Below are positions 1-11,900 of a stretch of 64,000 nucleotides of DNA, piece after piece. The position numbers and the translations under genes are program-made. Below the pieces are notes generated by a model. That model ran no database searches, had not been told where the DNA came from, and was given only the letters and a program-made list of their open reading frames with translations. Within the stretch, counting starts at the first letter, position 1; every line of letters starts with the position of its first letter. The DNA comes from Paragordius varius (Eukaryota; Animalia; Nematomorpha): NCBI GenBank assembly GCA_964247055.1, contig OZ176055.1, positions 930,001 to 994,000 on the forward strand, given 5' to 3'.

Positions 1-225
1 AAGGGCCAAAACCGCTATTATAATCTTAAAAAATTTCCATATTATAATATATATATTTCAACAGGTTATTCATGTGGACCGATGTATATAAGATGAAATC
101 GATTTACATTATATATTTTTTTTAAAAAAAATTAGTTATATATACCTCGGGTGTTATTTTGAAAAATTTAAAATTTTTTACATGTGTTTCAATTAAGCAT
201 TAAACTATAAATATATATTGCTAAT

Positions 226-3200
226 ATGTCTCTAGACAAAAATAACTTTGAACAATCCGATATTCCCAAAAACATCACAACTAACCATGATATTCCACAA
301 CCAGAACCACCTGGAGCCGTTTCAACTTCGTCCGAATCTAATGGTTTTGAAATACCAAACAAGAATATTAACCCTCCAATTCCTATGAATTCATTTAAAT
401 TTACACCAGTGCCAATTATACCCGTTGTCATTTTTGAAATTATCATATTTGTAAGAGAAATTTGTTTTTTATTTTACTCACAATTTTTTTAAATTTAATA
501 TTTGTTTGTTTTTTTCTGCATAGTTAGTTTTGATTGCGGCTTCATTTACGATAGAATCTTGGTGCATACGAGAAAAAGAATGCATTATATCGCCTTATAA
601 CATTGTTCAACTTATTCACTTGGCCGTTTGGCTTACGTGCTGTTTTATCGATAGATTCCTGCATGCTGCTCATTACAAAAATAAAATGCAAGGACACCTT
701 AATTTTTATTACACAACTCGATGGATTCGAAGATCGACTTTCTACGTTTTATCATTTGGTACAATTTATCTTTATGTTTTTTTTTTTTTGGGGGGGGGGG
801 GGCTGTGAACGCTTTTTAACACTTCGATCTAAATAGGGGTATATAAATACCCCAGACTAAATTTGATTTAAAGTTTTTAAAAAACAACTAAATGAAACGG
901 TGCCAATTTAAATTTATGCTTCTATCCAAATAAAAATTATAGAATATGACAAAATATCTAAAATTTTGGTTATGAAAAAAAGTTCCATGTCAAACTGCTA
1001 TGACGCCATTTTATTTTAAAAATTTTTGCAAAATATTGTCCTTATTTAATTTTAAAGGTCAAATTAAAGCTAATATTTTATTTAAATTACATCTAACATT
1101 GATAGAAATAGAAAAAGCCGTTTATTTTGTATTATTTTTCAATTTTACCAGTGCACACATGTCACAGTGACCAAATTTTTACCTTTCGATTTTTGCTTAA
1201 AATAAGTAATATCAAGAATTTTGAATAATTTTTTTATATATTTCGGTTTATTAATGTTATATAAGTGCAAAATTTTGCAATGGTATCGATTCCTTCCACA
1301 TTTTTTCAAGAATTTAATTATAAACAGGCCTGGGGTATTTAACTACCCCAATTTGAGAAAGACTAAAATGAATGTGTTGTATGCAATAAAATTAACCAGC
1401 CAAACATTTAGAGTTAGACATATGTTTTTCAAAACGCAAAATTTACTATTTCAGTTAATTTAAAAGTTATTTACACTGAAAAAAAAGCAAATTGGTGAAT
1501 CTAGTTGTATAATTACTAAATATTATGGTTATTTATGGTTACAATTAATTGCTTTATTTACAAATTATAAAATTAGTTATTATTTCATGAAAGGTAAAAC
1601 CCAACTCTGACAAGTTATAACCGTATTTAATGAAATTGGACATGAAAAAATTGGCATTCGTAATAGTTTGCATTATGGCAAAAATTAAATAGTAAAACAA
1701 AATTTGGTGACTTATCCATTTAATAATTTTTACAATTGATACCATTTTTATATAACTTATTGTTTAAAATGGCAAAGTGTGTTAGAGATACATATATATG
1801 TTTAAGCAACAAAATCAATTCTATATATTACAATTCTAATTAAATAGCTTATATTGGAAACATTAAAGTTTGAAAAAGTATGGTTGTCTTTTGAAAAAAA
1901 TAATTGTCTTTATATTTTTACGCATATTGTCCGCATGATTTCAGTTTTACCTGCAAGATTAATAATCATATGTTTGGGCAAATTGTGGATTTTTTTTGAT
2001 AATTTTCTTTGATGCGGATGGCCGCGTACTATGAATTAAAGACAATGACATGCTTTTTTATTGTTAACAATTTAAATTATTATTGATTTATTTCTCTTTA
2101 CTTTTTATTTTATGATTTTTGTATACTGTTAATAATTGGAGATGCCCCTTATTTTTACAAAAACAATGTCTTTTAGATTTTACAACTGAAATCTTTCCCC
2201 AAAACAACACCTAATTAACTATATTTTGCTGTTTAGGACAAAGAAATATGTGAATAATTTGTATTTTAGATGGCGTATAAGCTAATACCTACTCATATGT
2301 ATATAAAAATACCAAAATATTTATATAATAAAAAAATATAAATTTGTAAAATATACATATCTAATGCGAATTAAATTAATGTATTTGTATTTAAACGATA
2401 AAAATTGGATTTGTGGACGTTTTGCAAATTCTCTCTCTATATACAGTCAAACCTCTTTTTGTGGAAAATACGGGACCACACTTTATAATTTTTTTAAATA
2501 CTCTAAATTAAAATACGTAGAATTTTTTTCTCCTATATATACCATTTACAGTTCAAATTCACCTTCACCCTCGAACAAACCTTTGAACAATTTAAATTCA
2601 CCTTAGTTGAAATTCACCCTAAAAATAAATTATGTATTTTCGAACTAAATAACTCATTATTAATATGAAATATATGTTTATGTTATAGTTTATTATTTTT
2701 TCAGTATTATTTTAATTTAAATCAAAATTTTTATTTTTAAAAATATATAAAAATATTGGTAATTTTTTAATCTTAAAAAACATATATTTATTTGATGGTG
2801 AATTTGAATTGTTCGAGGGTGAATTTGAATTGTTCAAGGGTGAATTTGAATTGTTTAAGAGTGAAATTAAATTGTAAATGGTATATATATATATATCTAT
2901 ATATATCCAGTGTGCATTTTAATGTGGTTGCTTATTTCACACTGGAGTAAGGGGGCAATTTACAACACAGTAGTGTATGGAAAAAAGAAAAAAATAATTG
3001 TTTAATCAACATTTAGTTGTTTTTCCATACACTACTGTAGTGTTGCAAATTGCCCAACTTTTATAGTGTGAAATTTTTAAATTGCATACTGTAAATAATT
3101 AGCGGAGAGTGGGTTATTTTCAAAGAATTTGCGGCTTTTACTGATATAAAAAAATCATATTTTTACAAAAGAAATAAAAAAATTTGATTTAATCAATTAA

Positions 3201-5003
3201 TATACCAAATATAAGATAAATATAAAACTGTACAGCTTTATTTGATTAGACATCTTTAATCACCAATAAATTAAATATTTCTATTTAAACAGGGAACGCT
3301 TTTATGATAATTTTGACAATTTTGGTGACATACAATTGTAGTCAAGACTCTAATGGTGCTTGGCAATGTTTTCAAGCGCATATCTCACCTCTGGGCCTTA
3401 TTCAACTTTTCTTGTTGATAGAATCTCTCTTTTTGATTCCAGCTCAAATTTTATACATTTGTAAGGCAAATCTTTTACAGTATAAATAAGTATATATTGC
3501 TAGAAAGTTATTAATTATTGTCAAATAGAGCATATGCAGAAAGGAGAATTATTATTGGCTTATAAAGTTTAAAAAAATAACTATAAGCCAATAATACTGC
3601 CCTTTGTTGTATACATGCTGCTATTTAGCAATAATTTATAACATTCTAGCAATTTATATTTACTTATCCTGTATATTATAATTTTTATTTTAAACTTAGA
3701 TTCAATTTTTAATATTTGTGTTAAAATGAATATGTTTTAGTCATTTTTTTTAATTTTGTGGCTTTATATTTTATAAATAAATTATTTAGTGAGTTTATAC
3801 GTATAGCTTCAAAAATAATCGAAGTTGCATAGTAATTATAACCAATTTTTAAACAAAATAAGCTATTTTGTATATTAATTTTACAGGTACAAAAATATGC
3901 GTTCAAATTTGTTTTAGGGTATACCAGACTATTTAATCAAGACCAACCAAACCCTGATATAGATGAAGAAGGCTTAATTGATCCACAAAACGTCATTAAA
4001 CGAATTTATGAATTTGATCGATATTTTTATTCAAATCAGCTGATGTCCCCAAAAGACACTAATATTACCGATAATAATAATATTAATACAAATGAAAATA
4101 ATTTTTTGATAACAAATGAAAGTGTTGATGATATTAGAGTGTTGGGTCGCAAAACTACGAATCCACCCAATTTTGCACAAAATAGGATAATGTATATACA
4201 ATTATTTGATACAAAGAAATAAAAATTGAAATTATATTTTATTACATATAAATACAGTCATGTATCCTTTATTTTATCAAAAATTTATTTTTTTTTTTGT
4301 TAAATGGATATAAATATTTGGTAAAGAATGGAAAAAATAAGAGTTCTATGGTAATTCTTATACTTTTTTAATGAATATGATATTGGTAATAACATAGAAC
4401 TCTTGTTTTTTCCATTCTTTAACAAATATTTATACTCATTTAACAAATAAAATAAATGTTTGATAAAATAAAAGATACATTACTGTAATGAACTAATCCG
4501 CATCCGACTCTTGACATTTTCGTAAATCAGAATCTTAAACATAGTTTATATTTAATTTCTATGTTAACATTTAACATTACTTTGCTAATATATAATAATT
4601 TGCCATTAATTATCTTATTCTTTTTGACTCAATACAATGGCTTTAAATATTAATTTACTTAATGAGAAACGATTAAAACCTTTATTTATGATAAAAATTT
4701 TATTTATTAAAAATAATTTTATGTTAAAGATACGGATTATTACAGATAGCTCATTATTTATTAACACCAAAAATTTTTACATATATATTTTATAATTTTT
4801 CAATAAAATTTAAATATTTTACCATTGTGGATATATTTAGTATGGAACTTTTGGAAAAACAAGCCGACGCCATAACAGCCCTGAAAGTACAAAATCAACA
4901 CCTTGTTGAAAAGTATGAATATTTACAAAATATGCAACAAGAAAATAATTTTACAGATTTTATAGGTAATTACCAACGGAATCCTCTAATCTCACACCAT
5001 TAA
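226..5003 (+). CDS. TMEM192: Transmembrane protein 192-like (lysosomal membrane protein), 5 exons
   Basis: Exons 226-450, 524-758, 3293-3460, 3918-~4191, 4841-5003 join in frame across GT-AG introns; the exon 4 donor is uncertain. Peptides 'HYKNKMQGHLNFYYTTRWIRR', 'GNAFMII', 'RLFNQDQPNPDIDEE' and 'MELLEKQADAITALKVQNQHL' parallel recalled TMEM192 segments ([21 protein letters not shown] / GNTVLL / RRFNKAKPEPDILEEE / EEIVEKQGDTIEYLKRHN). Confidence 0.85.
2538..2885. mobile_element. MITE family A
   Basis: TIR TATACCATTTACAGTTCAAATTCACC with ~21-bp subterminal repeats GAATTTGAATTGTTC(A/G)AGGGT. Further copies at ~5018-5310, ~6268-6497, ~6592-6890, ~16428-16750 and ~26310-26572. Confidence 0.85.
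3470..3672. mobile_element. MITE family D
   Basis: Palindromic core ATTGCTAGAAAGTTATTAATTATTG...GGCT / AGCCAATAAT. Copies at ~37420-37592, ~39570-39754, ~53730-53881 and a partial at ~23760-23832. Confidence 0.75.
4253..4487. mobile_element. MITE family E (near-perfect hairpin)
   Basis: TACAGTCATGTATCCTTTATTTTATCAAA...TTTGATAAAATAAAAGATACATTACTGTA. Second copy at ~38026-38265. Confidence 0.85.
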
Positions 5004-5017
5004 AAATAATTCAAATT

Positions 5018-5310
5018 CACCATTTACAACTCAAATTACCCTTGAACAATTCAAATTCACCCTAAAATTATCATTATGAAATATCGGTCTAATATAACCC
5101 ATCATTAAATTTAAATAAATTTTTATGGCAAAGTTTATTATTTTTTCAGTGTTATTTTGATTACATGCAAAATTTCTTTTTTTAAAAGATATAAAAAAAT
5201 ATAGATAGTTTTTTATCTTAAAAAACACATAATTTATTTTAGGGTGAATATGAATTGTTCGAAGGTGAATTTAAATTGGTAAAGGGTGAATTTGAACGGT
5301 AAATGGTATA
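5018..5310. mobile_element. MITE family A copy just after the TMEM192 stop codon
   Basis: ACCATTTACAACTCAAATT...GTAAATGGTATA; same TIR and internal repeats as 2538-2885. Confidence 0.8.
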
Positions 5311-5539
5311 TATGAAATAATTTAAAAAAAAATATTATTAACCCCTTTTAAATAATATAATCTAACTTAAATATCAATGAGTATTATCAGCCTTAAGATC
5401 ATATCTATTTTCGATACTATTTTTGAATAACCCTGTGTTTTATGAAACAGTTGTGATATATATATATATATATATATATTAAATCATGCATTTAACGTTG
5501 CAAACATATTACTCTTAATAATAAATATTTTTTAATATA

Positions 5540-5576
<37 letters not shown>

Positions 5577-5950
5577 AAATTTTTGGTGTTTTATTTTAAA
5601 CTTATATTTAATGTGTTCCGTGGTTTGCATTAAAAGTGTTATTTTACCATTATATTCCCTACTTTATATTATTCTGAAATCAGAATATCTGATGAAAAAG
5701 TATAAATAGCCACTATAATAACTTAGATATAAAAAATTGATTTTGTGGAAACCTATAAGGTTAATGAATACATCGTTAAAATTGTGATTTAATTAACCTG
5801 ATTTCTCATACATTTTAAGATATTAATAATTTTGTTTTTCGATTAAAGCACAATATTGCAATATAGATATACATTTATTTAATAAATTTTTATATATACA
5901 GAAACAATTTCCATAAATTTTTTTTGTGTTTTCAATAAAATGTGAAAATT

Positions 5951-8900
5951 TTAGTATCTCCGATCATCATATCTATCATTGCGTCTATCCCTGTGTCGAG
6001 ATCGACTGCGTTTTCGCCCACGGGAAGAACTATATATATTAAATACAAAAAATAAAATATTTTTTATTAAAAAATTTATTGATTGAAAATTTGAATGTCC
6101 AAAATTTATGGAAAACATGATAATAAACTAAAAATTTAACCATAAATAAATAGTATTAAAATGGCAAAGAATTTAGTCAATGTTTAAAAAAGTTGATTAA
6201 TTTTTACCAACTCAATTTATAAATTTATCCAAATACTAGGAAATATGGGAATTTTAACCCAAAAAAGTTTACCATTTACAATTCAAATTAACCGTAAAAT
6301 AATTATGTGTTTATTAAGATTTAGAATTACTTAATAATTTTTTATACTTTTGTTTGAAATTAAAATATAAACTATGTAACATAAGGATATATTTCATATT
6401 AATTTTGAGTAATATTAGCTGCCCGAAAACACAAATATTATTTTTAGGGTGAGTTTGAATTGTTTAAGAGGGTGAATTTAAATTGTAAATGGTATATATA
6501 TAGAGAGATTATATAATTTAGTGTAAATAATTTCTTTGTCATATTAAAAAAAATGAAGGAATTATTAAAAACTGGCAATAAAAAAAACTATATATACCAT
6601 TAACAGTTCAATTTCACCCTTAAACAATTCAAATTCACCCTCGAACAATTCAAACACCCTCAAATATAAAATATGTTTTTTTAAGATTAAAAATTACCTA
6701 TATTTTATATATTTTTCAAAAATAAAAGTTTAGTTTTAAATTAAAATAATACTGAAAAAATAATAAACTATGTGCCATAGAGGTATATTTCATATTAATT
6801 TTGAGTAATATTAGCTGCTCGATAACACATAATTTATTTTTAGGGTGAGTTTGAATTGTTCAAGGGTAAATTTATATAGTAAATGGTATATATATATATA
6901 TATAAAGATTATATAATTTAGCGTAAATAATTTCCTTGTAATACTCAAAAAATGATGGAATTATAAAAACTGGGGCAATAAAAAAACTATAATCAAGTTG
7001 ATATTTTGAAAGTAAATGTTAAAAGAAGTGTTACCTTCGTTTACGCCTTCGCCCATATAAATCTCTTCGTAATTCTCGACTAATCGGTTTAAGGTGCATG
7101 AAATTACAAAATCCACCCCTGGTACATTCTCTGTCGTAAAATATAAAAAAAATATTTTCAAAAATAATTACATCCAACATAAATAATCGAAAATAATTTG
7201 TTGAGTTTTCTTCAAAACTTTTTTCAAAAATAATTACATTTACCAACATATATAATGATAGTCTATTTTTTCTATAAAAACGAAAATAATTTGTTAAGTT
7301 TTCTTCAAAAATTTTTTTAAAAAAATAATTACATTTTCCAACATATAATGAAAATCTTTTTTTTATAAAATAATCGAAAATTTAAAATCTTGTAGAGTTT
7401 CTTTAATAAAATGAATCAAAATTAGTTTTAAACGCAAAAAAGTATACAACAAAACACCTTTTAAAAGTAAAAATAATCCTCATATGGTCTATTTTCTTGA
7501 TAAAAACACCAAAGATTTAAATTTGATAACTTTATACTGCAAAATGGTGCGCAAAATACTTAAAAACCATAATAAACCATTTAATGACCACCGCGAAAAA
7601 ATACATCCAAATAGATCCAAAACATTTTTTCCTAAAAATTTTTCGATATAAACTCAACATACTTAAGATTGTTACAAAATTTACCCTCTATATCAAGTTT
7701 TTGTTGATAAAATGTAGCCTAAAATTTTTTTTAAAGTTAATTATTTATATTTTACAATCATAATGAACATTTATTTAATTGTGATAGCGATTACAAAAAT
7801 TAAAAAAGGACTTTTTTACAATTTTACATTGTTTTTTTTAAAAAAAATTCTATTAAAAGACTAAAGAAAGTATATTTTTAAATACGGCTAAATACCATTA
7901 AATACTAATATTCAATTCAAATCGCATATATCTACCCCCAAAGAATCATAAATAGTTAAATATGTAAAATATCATGAAATATTAAAAATGATCCATATAG
8001 TTAGAATATAGAGTAAATAATTATAATTAACAAAAAAGTATTTTAGAAAAAGTATATAAGTACCCAAAAATTTAATATTTTTTTCATTATTTTTTATTCC
8101 TTATAACGATATATCCAGCCATATTATTAGTAATATAGTACAAATTGAAATTATATGGACAAAATTTTTATAAGGACAAATTTAAGACAACTATACTTTT
8201 TAATCTTGATTTTTTTTAAATATCTCATTGTTTTAAACTACAAAGTGTAGTATATAATATATGTAAATTGGTAACACAATCAATTATGTATTTTACAATT
8301 GTAATTAAATGTATTTATAGGATAAATTATGGTTTAAAAGTATAGTTGTCATTGAAAAATATCTTTATATTTTTACATTTTTTTGTCCGTATAATTTCAA
8401 TTTTTACTGTGTAAATGTTTAAATTAGTGTACACAAAATAAATAACATTTAAAAACGAAAAAAATTGAGGTAGTTTAAAGATTAGCATTGTTTCACAAAA
8501 AATTGTCTTTTCTGTATCAAATCTTAGATAACCCAGTAAGTAGATATTAGCATCAATAGGCCTATCTGAAAACGAAGAATGAAAAAAAACATTATTTTCC
8601 TCATAAACCAATTATGTGCCTTCACTATACCAGTTGCACCTCAAGTTTCCTTGAACATTTCAAGTTGATCCTTAAATTTTTTAAGTTTGGATTAACCATA
8701 ATTTTTTTTAGTTATAAAACTATATTTACTTTTTTTTTTTTTGTTAGGTCCATATGTTCAAGATGGAGAAGGGTCGTACCCACTTTATCTTGATAGTATA
8801 GATCCTTCATTAAACCTATTTATTTAATCTTTGCTAAGTGCCGACGGCATTTTATCTCCCTTTATCCTTTATTATCTTCCTAATTATCCATTAATTTTGC

Positions 8901-11900
8901 TATTATTTTATCCTTTTTTTTTTGTATTATTTATCTATTTTTATATTAAATCCTCTCATAATTGTGTTGCTATTTTGGACTCCTATGAATTCTCCGAAAA
9001 TTTCAAATATTCTAAAAATTGGAAATTTAAATCTACAGGGATACTCCCTACCAAAATTCAGACTTCTCCAGTTAGCCATGAAAAACCACACTATTCCAAT
9101 TATTGGATTATCGGAAACCCATATAATGAACAATGGATATATAATCGATAACAACTATATATTATACCATTCCGGCCATTCCGGCCATTCCAATCTCAGA
9201 AGATACGGTACAGGTATCATCATTCACAAATCTTTTGCTTTATTCGCTGACGAGCCCAATTTTATCAACGATAGAATCATTAAAATTACATTCAATACAC
9301 ATCCATTGAAACTTAATTTGATCCAAGCTTATGCTCCTACTAGCAATTCCTCCGAGGAAGATATAGAACATTTCTACACTCAGCTTCATAACACAGTCAT
9401 AAGCTGCAATAAAAACGAAATAATAATAATATCTGGAGATCTTAACGCTACCCGAGGTTGTGAGGTTGAACACAATGTCACTGGTGGCTTTGGTCTTGGG
9501 AAAAGAAATCTTCGTGGTGACAAACTAATTGAATTTTGTGTAGACCACAAACTTGCCATTACCAATACCTTTTTTGATATTCCCCTCAGAAGAAGATATA
9601 CGTGGGTTTCTCCAAAAAATACCCGTTCACAAATTGACTTTATCCTCATCCAACAAAAATGGCTCAAATTCATTATAGGAGCTAAAACTTTCCCAGGAAT
9701 CGTAATAGGCTCCGATCATCAACTTCTTGCTATTAAACTTAAATTTAAGTTAGGAACTAAATTACCGCACAATAAAGCTAAAAACCGCTTCGACTTTTCC
9801 AATGTTTCAAGTGAATTTATACTCAAACTGAATACTTCCCTAAGTAATATCAACACTAATAATCTGAACGTAAACAACCATTGGCATCAGACCTTGACTG
9901 CCATCAACGAACTAATACCCAAGCACTTTCCACTTCAACAAAAACATCCTAATAATCCATGTCTTTCAAATGATTCTATTGTCTTGGCCAATAAACGCAG
10001 ATTGGCTAAAATAAGCAACAACATTACTGATTACCGCACATTAAATACTCAATTCAAGATACAATCCAAGATTGATATCAATCTTCACTACCTAGCTATT
10101 TGCAAAGAATTAGAACTGGCTCACGCCAAAGGCCAGAACATATACCAAAAACTACATTTACTTGTTCCTCACAACTCCAAAAATCTGGGGAACATAAGCA
10201 ACACGGATAATGTAATATTAACAAATAAAAAGGAAATTATCAAACGTTGGGAAGAATTCGGTACTTCTCTTTATCATGTCGTCTCTAGTCCTCATTCATC
10301 CATTAGCACATTCCTTAAAGTTTCAGAACTTGATCCCCCAATTTTACCTGATGAAGTTCAATACGCCTTAAAACAATTTTCATCCTCCAACTCCTTAGGT
10401 TACAATGATATTCCAATAAAAATTCTTCACACAATCCCCCTCTATTTCTTAACTGATCTTTTACAAAAAGTGTTTCAAACCTGTATTTGGCCGGATGATT
10501 GGACCAAATCTTTTCTCCTACCCTTTTTTAAAAAGGGAAATCCCCATCTTTGTCAGAACTATAGAATGATCGCTATCACTAATAAACTATCCAAACTTCT
10601 TCTCAAGATTATACTGAAAAGAATCTCATCCTCGTTGGACTTTGAAATATCTGAGGTGCAGGCTGGCTTTAGAGCAAAGAGAAACACTACCAATCATATA
10701 GTTAATCTTAATACAATAATTCGAAGATACAATGAATTTGGGAAAAGTCTATATTGCTGCTTTTTAGACTTCAGTATGGCATTTGATACAGTCAACCACG
10801 ACTGCCTATGGAGAATATTACGATCCTCAGGAGTGTCCTCGCACATAATACTCCTACTTCAATCGCTGTATTCAGGACAAACAGCTGCCATTAAAACTCA
10901 ATTCGGTCCCACCGACTGGTTTCCTATTCTCAGAGGTGTGAGACAAGGATGTGTCCTTTCTCCCCTCTTATTTAACTTATACACAGAAACATTAATACGC
11001 AATTGTAACTTTCCACAACATATTGGGGCACGGATCGGTGGTCTTACTATTTGCAATCTCCGCTACGCCGATGACACCATTCTCTTGTCAGAATCCCACA
11101 CGGACATGACCTATCTTTTAAATAATCTTACCATTGAAGCAAGTTTGATGGGTCTTAAGCTGAACCCAGCTAAATCTAAAATTATGATCCTAAACGCACC
11201 AAAACTACCATTTACAATCAACAACTCCCCCATCGAACTAACCGATCACTGTAAATACCTAGGCTCCATAATTGCATCCGACGGTAGCTCGGACCCCGAC
11301 ATACGAGCACGACTAGCATTGGGACGTGCTACTATGGGTAAACTGTCCAAAGTTTGGAACTCATCGGTCATAAGTCTCCCAACTAAACTTGCCATCCTGA
11401 AGGCGATGATATACCCCGTGGCAATCTATGGGTCCGAATCATGGATATGCAATTCCATTGACAAAGCCCGCATAAACTCTTTTCAAATGTGGTGTTTTCG
11501 AAAAATATTGAGAATCTCCTGGAAAGCCGACATCTCCAATTCTTACATACTCAAATTCATTAAACCCGAATTTTTACTTTACGATTTAATAACCTTTAAA
11601 CAGCTAAAATATCTGGGTCACATCCTGCGATCCGACTCGCTAGAAAAAATCATACTCTTTGGGTTGGTAGATGGCACCCGCAGAAGGGGCCGACCCAAAA
11701 AGCGGTGGATCGATGTGCTCAAATCAATAACAAATCTAACCTTTCATCAACTGTTGAGAGTAACACAGGATCGCCTAAAATGGAGAACACTAATCTATGA
11801 GAAAGCTAGAGTCAGTATATGACTAGCTTATAACAACAACAACAATCATTACAAATGTTTTTAACAATAAATTATAATTAATTTTTAATTACTACAAGTA

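Noticed and set aside
2790-2885. Short ~21-bp direct repeats resembling a CRISPR array
   Set aside because: No unique spacers, eukaryotic context and no cas genes. They are MITE subterminal repeats.
8922-8984. N-terminal extension of the 966-aa ORF from TTG 8922
   Set aside because: Non-ATG start in a T-rich tract. The first ATG, at 8985, lies just before the endonuclease domain.
8831-9673. ORFs 8831-9151 (+), 8927-9154 (-), 9240-9473 (-) and 9386-9673 (-)
   Set aside because: Alternate-frame or antisense shadows of the LINE ORF. RTE elements have a single ORF and these show no gag-like features.
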